Numbered from the stretch's first letter, positions 14,824-27,474 are shown. The stretch is DNA of 64,000 bases from Octopus vulgaris (GCA_951406725.2 OX597819.1:43834001-43898000); one strand, 5' to 3'. Numbers and translations: made by a program. The notes: a model not told the origin generated them from the sequence alone.

Positions 14824-15257
14824 GGGATCTTTTCGGTTGGAACGGCAGTTTTTAAAATAATTTCTAGGTAACTAAAAAATTTTAACTTCGTATACTGGTA
14901 GAATGTGTTTATAAAACATATTTTTCTCTTGGCTTTATTGAGAAAATTCTATAGTTTGTAAGATATTTGTTGTTTTTTTCTTCAATTTCTGCAATCAGTG
15001 ACGTCCATTGAGGTAAAAAACAATCTGTGCCGTATGAATATGTCCCTCGTTTAAGAAACAGATTGGGTTTATTTACATTTGTGAAGAAAAAAAGATATCC
15101 TTCCCCCACCCCTAACCCTAACTCTAACCCTAACCCTAACTAATCCTAACCCTAAAACAGATTGAAATGCAATAGATCGATACTAGGGTCATAATTATGG
15201 GTGACAATTTCATATGACACCGCTAGAAAAAACTGCCGTTCAAACCGAAAAGATCCC
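14824..15257. mobile_element. MITE with 30-bp TIRs and internal telomere-type (CCCTAA)n
   Basis: GGGATCTTTTCGGTTGGAACGGCAGTTTTT / AAAAACTGCCGTTCAAACCGAAAAGATCCC (1 mismatch). Flanks AGCTTT/AGCTCT. CCCTAA repeats at 15110-15155. Confidence 0.92.
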
Positions 15258-15285
15258 AGCTCTGATTGTATTTCTAATAATGTAA

Positions 15286-15506
15286 CCCTTTAGCGCTTAA
15301 ACAGGAAATATCTGGTCCAAGTGTTCTACTTGTTTTATATTCAAGCTGACCAGATCAAGCCTCTCACACCTACCCTACAACGTCATTCTAAAAGTAAACA
15401 ATCACACCATCGAAGTTTTGAAGCTACAAGATAATGCATGATGAAATCAAAAACAACGTGGATAAATAAGGATTACATTTGACAGAGTAATCTGAATACT
15501 AAAAGG
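15286..15506. mobile_element. piggyBac-like MITE
   Basis: (G)TAA-CCCTTTAG ... CTAAAAGG-TTAA termini. Confidence 0.65.
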
Positions 15507-15994
15507 TTAATTAAATTTGGACGGCTACGTCCTAATAGTTGAAAATATGTACTAAGGTACTAGTACTGTTTTAGTTGGTTTGTAGTTTCGAGTTCGATTC
15601 TTCTCGAGGATTGTGAGTAGACAATAGAAAATTTTCTCTTTTATTTTTGTCACTCTTTCTAGAAGCACAGCGAGAAGATCAATTGCAGTGGTGGATGACT
15701 TGGTAACAACATGTATTATGCTTTTTGCTAATGGCCATCTAGTAACGTAGATACACCAACAGCTTTTAACTAACGCCTATACAGTAACGTGGATAGACAG
15801 ACACCGTCTCCGATCTTCCCATTCTTGATCCACTGAAACATCCAGCATGTGACATACTGGAAAGAAAGAGCGATGTATATTAGCGCTGAGCAAGTATTTT
15901 ATTTATCGGCTCTTAGATGATTAAAAGCGATGTTGAACTTGGTGGGATTCGTATTCAGAGCACAGAGTCGCAATAGATATTGCAACGCAGTCTA

Positions 15995-16376
15995 ACTGGT
16001 ACTCCGTCGGTTACGACGACGGTTCCAGTTAATCTGATCAACGGAACAGCCTGCTCGTGAAATTAACGTGCGAGTGGCTGAGCACTCCACAGACATACCA
16101 ACCCTTAACGTAGTTCTCAGGAAATGGCTGAGCACTCCACAGACATGTGTGCCCTTAACGTAATTCTCAAGGAGATTCAGTGTGCTAAGGAGATTAAATG
16201 TGATGAGGCTAGCTAGCCCTTTGAGATACTTGTACAACACATTTTTGTCAGTTGAGTGGACTGGTGCAACGTGAAATAAAGTGTCTCGCTCAAGGAGACA
16301 ACACGCCGCCGAGAATCGAACTCACTATCTTACGATTGTAAACCGAATACCCTAATCGTTAGGTCACGCGCCTTCA
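15995..16376 (-). mobile_element. SINE group C with internal partial duplication
   Basis: Head GAAGGCGCGTGACCTAACGATTAGGG on the minus strand. The block TGGCTGAGCACTCCACAGACAT...CCCTTAACGTA occurs twice. Confidence 0.85.
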
Positions 16377-16520
16377 CTCCAACGTAGTCAGTCCATCTTA
16401 ACGCTCCACTGACTCTACAGACATCCTTTTTTATGGGACTAGCAAAAAAAAAAGAAAGAAAATTAAATTAAAAAAAAATTTTTAAAGCCAGACATCAGAC
16501 ACCAAAACCTATTTCTTTAC

Positions 16521-17200
16521 CTTAAATATTTGGCACATATTTTATTTTTTTATTTTGTATTTTTTTTTTATCTGTCTGTTCGTCTCGTCTGGAGATGTCT
16601 ATCTATATAAATTTGATGAAGCTTATAAATTATCTGAAGACGTCGTTCAGTTTAGTGTCTAAAGATGGTGGTTAAAGTCGCTAGAAGTGATCATTTGTCA
16701 TTACGTAGAAGTGACGTCGTCAGTCGCCATCCACTTTTTTATTATTTTCTTTCCAAACAAAGAGTTTTTAGCTATGCAAAAAAATAAACAAATAAATAAA
16801 AAACCGACTGACTGACTAACTCTGCAGTAAAAAAAGACTTTGACTAATTTTCTAGTAATAAAACAGATGTCGCTAAAGCACCGATTCTCTTGCAAGTCAG
16901 TCTTTTAAGTGGGATAGTTGATAGAATAGGATACCAATGCCTCTCTCTCCTACTTGGATGTCGAAACAATAACGTTGCGTGAAAGCCGATCAGTCGCAGT
17001 TAACAGTAACAAAGGACTTGGTAACTTATTCACTGCTGCAATACAAAACTGCGGGATACGTTGAATTAATTCTCCCAGTTTTTCCGTCCAAAGACACAGC
17101 AGAAGTTTATTTTATTTTACGTTTTTTTTTCTCTCATAATGTATCCCTTATATTTTTTTTATCTTTTCATCGATGTGTTTGTTTCTCCTTGCTTATGTTC
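16521..17200 (-). other. Candidate spliced exon (UTR-like), unique sequence
   Basis: Minus-strand acceptor GTCTTACAG|G at 17201/17200 and donor AAG|GTAAAG at 16521/16520. Repeat-free and CpG-containing, only short ORFs. Confidence 0.35.
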
Positions 17201-17336
17201 CTGTAAGACATCTTTGAAAAATTCATTGAAGATTAACTAAAAGATATTTGTATTTTTTATTTAAAAACCAATACTTTACTTGGAGTATGCACGATTGCTA
17301 TGACATACATACATACATACATACATACATACATAC

Positions 17337-17370
<34 letters not shown>

Positions 17371-17432
17371 CAGATCTTACGCATTTGACACCAGTGATGG
17401 AATCGGAGCGACTCAATTCTAATGAAAGTATC

Positions 17433-17492
<60 letters not shown>

Positions 17493-17906
17493 GGTATGCA
17501 TGTATATATAAATGTAGGTAGAGAGATTCACACAGAAACACACGTAAGTGTGTGTATGTGTGCATGCACGCAGAGACACAGGAAAGCATAATTTTTACAC
17601 GTATATACGCATACATTTACGCATAAACATGTATATATTAATAATATGTATTTAAATATATGCATTTATGCATAAGCATATACACATACACACAATCACG
17701 AACACACACACACACACACACACACACAGAATTGTATATACATATATACACACGAACGCACATGTACACTCAAACGCATACGTATGTATACGTAAGTGCA
17801 TAAATACAGACACACAGATAGACGCACACACACACAAACACACACACATACATACACACAGAGAAACACACACACACAGTCACACACGCGGACACACATA
17901 CATAAA

Positions 17907-17941
<35 letters not shown>

Positions 17942-18702
17942 GCATTCATGTAAATTATAATAACGGTCTATGTTTAATGAGAATCAATCGTGTGCGATTT
18001 ATTCAAAATAAATTTTGGAGAGAAAAACAATTCATAATGTGAAAATTAAATTACTGGATATAAAACTAACACATTAAGTCGTCTGGTGGTGTCGGTAGAG
18101 GTGTTGGTATGGCGGTGTTGTTGATGGCAGCAGTAGTGGAACTAGTGATGCTGGTGGTGGTGGGTTTTTTATGGTAGTGGCGGTAAAGCAACGCAGCCGT
18201 AGTTATAGTATGAGGTGGGTGCGGGGGGCGTGGGAAGAGGAGGAGGAGAGTCTATTATGTTATTGGTGTTATGGGGGTTTGTGACGTGGTTAATGCATTG
18301 GTAGTGGCGGCGGCGGTGGTGCGGACGGCGGCGGCGGCGGCAGCGGAGGCGGCATTATTGAAATGGTGTTGGTGTCATATTATAATATATCAGTGTTATT
18401 TGGTCGGCGGTGGCGATGTTATAATGAGGTTGTATAATGAGCCAGTGTTGTGATACTTATGTCGCGGTGGTGGCGGCGGCGGCGGTGATGTTGTTGTTGA
18501 TTTTGTTGGTAGTGGTGGTGGTGGTGGTGGTGGTGGTGGTGATGGTAGTGGTGGTGTTGGAAATATGGAATTATTGGCGGTGCTTTCGAGCTGTTGTCAT
18601 GACATTGGTGCAGTTGTAGTGGTAGTGATGTTACGGCTAGGGTTATGATGCGACAGTGTTATATTGGTCTTTGTACGGAGGGGGTGGGGGTTGAGCCGTG
18701 CA

Positions 18703-19440
18703 GGCACGTGGTTTAGTAGTTAGGGCATTCGGCTCACGATCGAAAAGTCGTGAGTTCAATTCCCGGCAACGCGTATTAAGTGCTCGAACAAGACACTTTA
18801 TTTCACGTTGCTCCAGTCCACCCCAGCTGGCAAAATTGGGTAGTACCTGTATTTGAAAGGGCCAACCTCATCACATTCTGGGTCACGCTGAAAGGCGGCG
18901 AGCTGGCAGAATCGTTAGCACGCCGGGCGAAATGCTTAGCAGTATTTCGTCTGTCTTTACGTTCTGAGTTCATATTCCCCCGAGGTCGACTTTGCCTTTC
19001 ATCCTTTCGGGGTCGACTAAATAAGTACCAGTTACGCACTGGGGTCGATATAATCGACTTAATCCGTTTGTCTCTCCTTGTTTGTCCTCTCTGTGTTTAG
19101 CCCCTTGTAGGTAGTAAATAAATAGGTATTTCGTCTGCCGCTACGTTCTGAGTTCAAATTCCGCCGAGGTCGACTTTGCCGTTCATCCTTTCGTGGTCGA
19201 TAAATTAAGTACCAGGTGCACACTGTGGTCGATCTAATCGACTGCCCCCCCCTCCCTCAAAATTTCTGGCCTTGTGCCTAGATAGAAAATTCTGTGTCAC
19301 GCTGAAACTCCCCACGAACTACGTTAAGGGTACTCGTGTCTGTTGAGTGCTCAGTCACTTGCACGTTAATTTCACGGGCACGTTGTTCCGTTGATCGGAT
19401 TAACTGGAGCTCTTGTCGTCGTAACCGACGGAATGTCTGT
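18703..19440 (+). mobile_element. Group C SINE interrupted by a group A SINE dimer
   Basis: Group A dimer (about 18892-19290) is flanked by the duplication ATTCTG(G/T)GTCACGCTGAAA at 18875-18893 and 19289-19307; the host SINE resumes afterwards. Confidence 0.88.
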
Positions 19441-19479
19441 TAGGGCGGACAAGAATTTTAGCGACAATTTTTATGGCGA

Positions 19480-20560
19480 GAGATTTTTACTGAGACAGTT
19501 GTTTTGTCGATAGTATTACGGCGAGAAGGTGTTATATTAATTGCGTAATGATAACGAAGTGTTATCGAGGTGAGGCAGCCTTAATCAAATTAGTGGTGTT
19601 CGAGTGGAGAAGTGTAATACTGGGGGAGGTACGGTGAGAAGGTGTTGTACTGGTGGCGTAATAACGAGGAAGTGTTATTGAGGCAGTGTTGCTGCGAGGC
19701 AGTCTTATTTACATTAGTGGTGTTCGAGTGAGGAAGTGTAAATATTAGAGGAGTTACGGTTAAAGAGTGTTATATTGGTGGAGTACTGGCGACTAAGTGC
19801 TCCAAAGATGATGTTATGGTGAAGTAGTGTTAGGTTGGCGGTGTTAGGCGAGAATTGTTATGCTGTTGCTGTTTGTGTAAGTTAGTCATGTTCATATTTG
19901 TGGTATTACAGTAAAGCAGTGTTACGTTGGTCTTGTTACGGTGAAGAAGTATTATATCAATGCTGTTATAAATAAAGGCAGCGAGCTGGCAGAATCGTTA
20001 GCATGCTGGACGAAATGCTTAGCGGTATTTCGTCCGTTGATCCTTTCTGAGTTCAAATTCCGCTGAGGTCGACTTTATCTTTCATCCTTTCAGGATCAAC
20101 AAAACAAGTACCAGTTGAACACTGGGGTCGATGGAATCGACTCATCCCCTCCCCCAAAATGGCTGCCTTGTGGCATTATTATTATTGTTATTAAGACGAC
20201 AAAAGCCGAGGTCGACTTTGCCTTTCATCTTTTCGGGGGTCGATGAATTAAGGACTAGTAGAGTACTGGGGTCGATGTAATAGACTACTCCTCCCCTAAA
20301 GTTACAGGTTTTGTGCCTATAGTAGAAAGGATAATAAAGCAGTGTTATGAAGGTAGTGTTACGGTGAATAAGTGTCATGGAGACAGTGTTATATTGGTAA
20401 TGTTTGGGTCTGGCAGTGTTACGTTGGTAGTATTATGGCGAGGAAGTGTTATTCATATCAACCGTGTTTTGGTCACGCAGTGTTACATTCGTAATATTAT
20501 GGTGATGCTGTATCATGATAAGTTGGTGTTATATTGGTGTTGTTATGATGCGCCAGTGTA
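19480..20560. repeat. Degenerate short-period minisatellite (GTGTTA-core units), interrupted by group A SINEs at 19975-20335
   Basis: Recurrent GCAGTGTTACGGTGA / GTGTTATATTGGTG variants and a higher-order duplication of about 115-125 bp at 19543-19780. Confidence 0.7.
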
Positions 20561-21205
20561 AGCCTGCGAGCTGGTAGAATCGTTAGCACGCTGGATAGAG
20601 TGCTTAGCGGTATTTCGACAGTCTTTAACGTTCTGAGTTCAAATTCCACCGCGGTCAACTTTGCCTTTCATCTTTTCTGGGTCGTTAAAATAAGTACCAG
20701 TTGCGTACTGGGATCGATTTAATCGACTGGCCCCGTCTCTAAAGATTTCGGCCCTTGTACCTAGAGTAGAAAAGAATCGTTAGCACGCTGGATAGAGTGC
20801 TTAGCGGCATTTCGACAGTCTTTAACGTTCTGAGTTCAAATTCCACCGAAGTAAACTTTGCCTTTCATCCTTTCAGGGTCGATAAAATAAATTCCAATTG
20901 AAGAATTGGGTTGATGTAATCGACTTATCGTCACCCCAGACAATACTGACCTTTATCAAAATTTGAAACCATTATTATTATTAAGGCGGCGAACTGGCAG
21001 AATCGTTAGCCTGACGGACAAAATGCTTAGCGACATTTCGTCCGTCTTTACGTTCTGAGTTCAAATTCTGCAGTTGAAAGACTTTACCTTTCACCCTTTC
21101 GGAGTCGTTAAAATAAGTACCAGTTGAGTACTGGAGTCAATGTAATTGATTAGCCCAGCCACCGAACGGCCAATTTCAGGCCTTGTGCCTATAGTAGAAA
21201 GGATA
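20560..21205 (+). mobile_element. Three tandem group A SINEs
   Basis: Heads at about 20563, 20775 and 20983. Confidence 0.88.
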
Positions 21206-21361
21206 TATGATAAGCCAGTGCTGTACAGGGCGACCGTAATGTCTGGATACATAAGTTTCTTTAGACAAACTCATAGTCAATCTGCGGAAGAAAGAAAGCA
21301 AGAAAAAAAAAACACGAAACAACAAGAATATTAGCGATATTCCCCATCTCCGCAGACTTAC

Positions 21362-21506
21362 CTTGTAGAAATTGTGTTATGGAGAGAAAGATTTATACTC
21401 GTAATGTTCATTAATGTCATAGGGCGCATATGTATTACAGTCACGGATTCTTTATCTACTTGTGGTAGATAAAACGAACTAATGAGTATGTCTCTTAAGA
21501 TATCAC
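21362..21506 (-). other. Candidate 145-nt internal exon
   Basis: Acceptor ATATTTCAG|G (21507/21506) and consensus donor AAG|GTAAGT (21362/21361). One frame is open throughout (DILRDILISSFYLPQVDKESVTVIHMRPMTLMNITSINLSLHNTIST); no protein family recognised. Confidence 0.4.
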
Positions 21507-21830
21507 CTGAAATATTACTAAGAGCAGCCATGTTTCTCTCAAACTCCTCCTTACCGTCTTACATAAAGGCATGCTGGAAGACGAAACAAGATGGTTACTA
21601 CTAGGACAAGGAGAGGTTATTTCAGAACTTATTTGAGACTAAAAAACAAGCGAATAATCTTGGCAATATTACTATACTGCTTAATTTCTATAGCAATATG
21701 TTATTATATCACTATAGTAATATGAGTGATATATTACTGTATCATACAGCCATATTAAATAAGATATACTAAGTCAGCAAGAACTAAGTGTAAATATGTG
21801 AAATTAGGTATTTTATAGTATTGATATATA

Positions 21831-22047
21831 CGAAAGAGTGGTGAAAAGTCCTTGGCTTTAAGGGTGTTGCGAGAGGTCTGGTTGGAGGCCCAGCATTCCG
21901 AGTTCTTTTACAGGGCTTAGAAAAACTGAAGGACCAATACAATTCGTGTGTGAATCTGAGAGGAGAACATGTTGAATAAAATCCTTATTAACTGATTCTC
22001 CTGTATTTTTTCACCCAAAGTGAAGAATATTTTAGAACTCTCTTGTG
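21831..22047 (+). mobile_element. Decayed mariner deletion derivative
   Basis: TA-CGAAAGAGTGGTGAAAAGT left end; encodes GLEKLKDQYNSCVNLRGEHVE* (mariner C-terminus). Confidence 0.7.
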
Positions 22048-22342
22048 TATGTATGTATGTATGTATGTATGTATGTATGTATGTATGTATGTATGTATGT
22101 ATGTATGTATGTATGTATGTATGTATGTATATATATATATATACGTATACATTCATCACATATATATATATACAACACTTATTATAATTATAAACATAAT
22201 TATAATTAGAGTTAAGCAATTATGTTTATAATTATAATAATTTTTGTATAAGTTTACCGATAATGGCTCTTTTAGCATACCGAATTACTTGGTAAGATTA
22301 TTAATTATAAACTGATTAATTAATTTTACCCTTTATTATTAT

Positions 22343-22391
<49 letters not shown>

Positions 22392-22393
<2 letters not shown>

Positions 22394-22492
22394 AGGGGTG
22401 TATGAAAAGTTTTGACCTTCAAGGCCTTTGAGCCTTGAAGTGTTGTACCATGTTTTGTTTTTCTGAGGCTCAAGACTTTTCATACATACCTC

Positions 22493-22493
<1 letters not shown>
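22392..22493. mobile_element. 102-bp mariner-type MITE in (TA)n
   Basis: TIRs CGAGGGGTGTATGAAAAGTTTTGA / TCAAGACTTTTCATACATACCTCG. Confidence 0.85.
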
Positions 22494-22567
<74 letters not shown>

Positions 22568-22779
22568 ATGTGTATATGAAATATATCAGTTGTGACCGTA
22601 TTAATATTAGATATGAGAGCACTGGTGGCCGTGGACTATGTAGTATCTATGAGACAACCATCCAAGAGACCTTTGGCTGTTAAATATCCTGCTACAGATA
22701 CTGTGTAGTGTCCATGGTTAGAGCATATGACGCCTAAACAGTTTCGTCTTGCTACCTGTACTTGTGTTCTACAACCTCC

Positions 22780-23450
22780 GCCTGTTACGACGACAAGTGT
22801 TCTAGTTGGTCCGATCAATGGTACAGTTTGCTCGTAAAATCAACGTGCAAGTGACTGAGCACTCCACAGACAGGGAGATCAGCATGATACAGAGTGTGAT
22901 GAGGTTGGTCTTTTGAATTACATGTATGGGGGAAGCACTCCGTCGGTTACGACGACGAGGGTTCCGGTTGATCCGATCAACGGAACAGCTTGCTCGTGAA
23001 ATTAACGTGTAAGTGGCTGAGCACTCCACAGACACGTGTACCCTTAACGTAGTTCTCGGGGATATTCAGCGTGACACAGAGAGTGACAAAGCCGGCCCTT
23101 TGAAAATACAGGTACAACAGAAACAGGAAGTAAGAGTGAGAGAAAGTTGTGGTGAAAGAGTACAGCAGGGATCACCACCATCCCTGCCGGAGACTCGTGG
23201 AGCTTTAGGTGTTTTCGCTCAATAAACACTCACAACGCCCGGTCTGGGAATCGAAACCGCGATCCTACGACCGCGATTCCGCTGCCCTAACCATTGGGCC
23301 ATTGCGCCTCCACAAATTACATGTATAACTCATGTTTGCCAGTTGAGTGTACTGGGGCAACGTGAAATATAGTGTCCTGTTCAAGGACACAACGCCCTGC
23401 CAGATATCGAACTCTCGACACCATAACCACTAAGCCACGCGCACCTTCTA
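22780..23450 (-). mobile_element. Nested group C SINEs (young copy about 22935-23313 inside an older copy)
   Basis: The young copy is flanked by the duplication AATTACATGTAT (about 22917 and 23316). Confidence 0.85.
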
Positions 23451-23614
23451 GGTACTCCAACGAATGAGCTAGGTGGAAAGTTTCGTTCCTCCCTTGCATA
23501 TAGCCTGACAATGGATGGGTTATGTAAATAAAAGATGTTCCGATATATATCAGGTATATGTCTGAGGTATGCAGAAAAAAGGAAATCCAAGTGCATATAT
23601 AATGCGTAATAAAT

Positions 23615-23865
23615 AAATGCGCCCTTTTAAAGCCTAGCCACACTCATGGGCCCGCTTTCCCGGTTTCAATGGCGCATGTGTTCCCCAGCTGGACGGGACG
23701 CCAGTCCATCGCAGCGTTACTAATTTTTGCCAGCTGGGTGGAATGGAGCAACGTGAAATGAAGTGTTTTGCTCAAGAACACAACGCGTCGCCCGGTCCAG
23801 GAATCGAAACCACAATCTTATGATCATGATGCTGACACCCTAACCACTAAGCCACGCGCCTCCAC
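23615..23865 (-). mobile_element. SINE group C (second tail type)
   Basis: Reverse complement of 28820-29065. Confidence 0.9.
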
Positions 23866-23896
23866 ATACATAATACAAACTACATACATACATACA

Positions 23897-23932
<36 letters not shown>

Positions 23933-24074
23933 TATGTGGTTTATCACATTAATATGTATGTGTGTATGCATGTATATATATGTACTCAAGAGTGAGAAAA
24001 GTATATACTACATGTAATGGCTGAAAATTAACTTGAACAGTATTACAAGTTTCTCTGTAATGTTTGAATGTAAG

Positions 24075-24094
<20 letters not shown>

Positions 24095-24108
<14 letters not shown>

Positions 24109-24172
24109 AATGAGGTAATCAGATCGGATGTAATCACATCCGATCTGATTACCTCATTTTTTCTAATATATA
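24095..24172. repeat. Perfect 37-bp-arm hairpin in (TA)n
   Basis: TATATATTAGAAAAAATGAGGTAATCAGATCGGATGT-AATC-ACATCCGATCTGATTACCTCATTTTTTCTAATATATA. Confidence 0.97.
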
Positions 24173-24197
24173 ATACCTGTACATCATCTCCAAACCT

Positions 24198-24260
<63 letters not shown>

Positions 24261-24506
24261 TACATACATACGTATGTATGTATGTATGTATATATGTATA
24301 TTAAGGCAGCGAGCTGAGAGAATCGTAGCACGTCATACAAAATACTTATAGGCATTTTGACCGTCTTTACGTTCTGAATTACAAGTCTGCCGAGTTCGAC
24401 TTCGGCTTTTATGCTTTCGCAGTCGATGAAATGAGTACCAGACGAGGACTGGAGTCGATGCAGTCAACTAGACCCTCCTCCAACATTTCAGTCCTTGTAT
24501 GAGTGC

Positions 24507-24587
<81 letters not shown>

Positions 24588-25704
24588 AATCAAGAGTAAG
24601 AGAGAGAGAGAGATGACTAGAGAGAAAGTCATTAAGAGAGGGATAAATAAACAGATGGATAGATAGATTGGTTGATAGATGCATTGCTGGTCGTACCAAT
24701 AAATTGCTGATCTATTGGTTGAAAGCTTCAATATTTCTGGTAGCAACAGTTAGTCATAGTTTGTGGCTGTGTTGTGTATAATAAGTATTGTGGAGTGGTA
24801 GATATTGTCATTATATGTAATGTTAATATCACTGTGTTATTGATTCACTGCATTATTAACGCTTTTTTCAATTCTTCGTTGGACGGAGTATAAATACTCA
24901 ACGAAAAATACAGCGAGAATCGACTGCTTAGTAGAAAGATCCCGAGATCTCCCAATAATTATTCCGGTCATTAATTGAACAGAATAAATACGGAGGGATC
25001 CAGGGATTTTTCTTCTCCTAGTTGTATTCGTGCAATATTTAGACTACGAACTATTGAAACAACTGTTAATGCCGTGTGTTTAGAGAATGAACTGTTAAGA
25101 GGGAAAAGAGACAAGCCATTTCTGGTTAGAACATTCTTTTAATTCAGACGTAATTAGGTGAAAGCACTTAAAAGCTCCTTCTCTATGTCTCTAAATATTG
25201 TAGTGGAATATATTATAGTCAATACAAGGTATTGATGTGGCTGCGTGTATTTTATTACAAGAGTTCATACAGAGATGAAAGAATAAATACAAGATCTATG
25301 CATTTACTACATAAAAATATATTTAACTTGATTTCATGATAATACATGGAATCAAATTGTAGAAACTAGTTGAAGAAATCTTATGCAAGAAAGTTCAGAG
25401 ATAGGTAATGTAGCTCAACAGTGAAGTAGTGGCTTTCAGTCATATCTGCTGTAGGGCGTAGAGAAATAGACGTACAAAGCAACGACATGGATGGTTCTAG
25501 GTCTGGTTTAGCAAGCTGTTTTTATTAATGGAACGCTAGATATTCTAGAAACTTCCAAGAGAAACGCCAAGCTTCTTGTATAATTAAGAATCACGTTTCG
25601 TGACATGGATGCTTCGAGAACTTAGAAATGGGAGGTTACTCTATGACCTTTATTTCAAGGGAGATCATTCAACTATCTATCTACCTACGATAAACGATAA
25701 ACGT

Positions 25705-25990
25705 CGCTCTTTTGAAGCCTAGCCAGGCTCATGGGCCCAGTTTCCCGGTTTCTGTGGCGTATGTGTTACCCCGCAGCAGTCCATCGCAGCGTTACTCAGG
25801 AAACAGGAAGAGAGAGTGAGAGAAAGTTGTGGTGAAAGAGTACAACAGGGGTCACCACCACCACCCCTTGCCGGAGACTCGTAGTGCTTTTAGGTGTTTT
25901 CGTTCAATAAACACACACAACGCCCGGTCTGGGAATCGAAACCGCGATCTTCCGACCGCCAGTCCGCTGCCCTAACCACTGCGCCTCCAC
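25705..25990 (-). mobile_element. Chimeric group C SINE
   Basis: Head and body as in 23120-23313, tail as in 23615-23720. Approximate TSD TCTATCT(A/G)CCTAC. Confidence 0.85.
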
Positions 25991-27474
25991 TCTATCTGCC
26001 TACACCGCTACGATATAATTAATACATATTAGCGACAGAGATAGTATTAATACCGACATGTAATATTTATCCCCTCTTAAACGTGGATGTTCTATTAGAA
26101 CATACTATACTGCGGTAGTTACCATGAGAGAAACTCTTATATTGGCATTTTGGTGCAAAATGCATTTTTGCTTATATTGCTAGCGGGGAGATAAACACCC
26201 CCGCCATCTCCAGCACCGACACCACCAGATCACATGATTTCGACCTCTCTTGCTGTCGTCAATGATGGACGCTCTTCAGCTAGGAATAGCAGCAACTCAT
26301 CTCCGTGCCAGCGATATATAGAAAAAAAAACAGTGCCAAAATAGGCGCTGGTGTCACAATTAGCTAGTGAGCTTGTTACAAATAGTGCATTAAGTTAAAA
26401 AATACGGCAATCTTTAGGATATCCCTCTTAGCGTTGCTTACACTTCGTCTTCATTGAGTTACATTCTGTTTGTTTATTTATTTTGTTCTTGTCCCTTGTC
26501 CGTCCACTAACGGTTTCGTCTTGAATTACATTTATTCATTTTCGTATGTCTAGTTCCGTTTTGCTTCTTTAGCCATTTATTGTTAGTCTGTTCTTGGTCC
26601 CATATTCCCGACAGCTCTTGCCGGTACCACCACAAAGACCAATATTATCGTTAAAGGTACGAAATTGCGCTTGACGATCTGACTGATAACGTTTTCTGTT
26701 TCTCTGTTTTCTGTTTGTCTGTACTCTTACTATGATTTTAGCTTACCGTTCTGTGTCTGTTTTTCGTTTATGCATTTACTATATGTTTTGTTAACTTAGC
26801 ATATATATCTGACTGATTTCCATACAATTTCTGTGTATTCAACCACTCAAAAGACATTAGCTGGCTCAAGGTTATGGTAAAAGATACTTGCCCAAAGTGT
26901 TACACTATAGAACTGAAACCGAAACCACATGAGGCTGCAAAGCGAGATCTTTAACCGCCACATAGCCATACTTGTTTTTCGTTTGTACATTTACTATACG
27001 TTTTAAAAACTTATTATATATATATGACTGGCCACCATACAGCTTATTTGTTTTGAATCCACTCACAAGACCTTAATCGTCCCAAAGTTGTAGTAGAAGA
27101 CACTTGCCAAAAGTGTTGCGCAGTGGGACTGAAACCGAAACCACATGGGATTGCAAAGCGAGTTTTTGTTTTTTAACCACCACATAACCATGTTTGCACT
27201 AGTATATAAATACTTATCCAATTCTTTATTCCCATTCAAGATACCCTACCAATGAGAAGCCCCTCTAACATTTTCGTTTTACTTCTATTTCTTAAGCTGT
27301 GACAATTCATTTACGCACGGCCGCCATATTAAACTCACCTATATATGTCTTTTTCTCTCGTTTAACACAAAAGTAAGAAACGGCTATGGGCACAATCCCT
27401 CCTATATAGAAATATGAAATTATTTAGACATGACTTACAAATTTTAAATAACAATTAGTTTTCTGTCTCTCTTT

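Noticed and set aside
15110-15155. Chromosome end or telomere fusion site
   Set aside because: Short, degenerate and enclosed within MITE TIRs.
25199-26058. Solo LTR (TG...CA)
   Set aside because: No target-site duplication and no second copy in the window.
26220-26685. Two further hammerhead-like remnants in opposite orientation (minus CUGAAGA...GAAAUCAUGUGAUC; plus ...GGUACGAAAUUGCGC)
   Set aside because: Stems I and II do not pair and one core is missing; at most decayed PLE LTRs.
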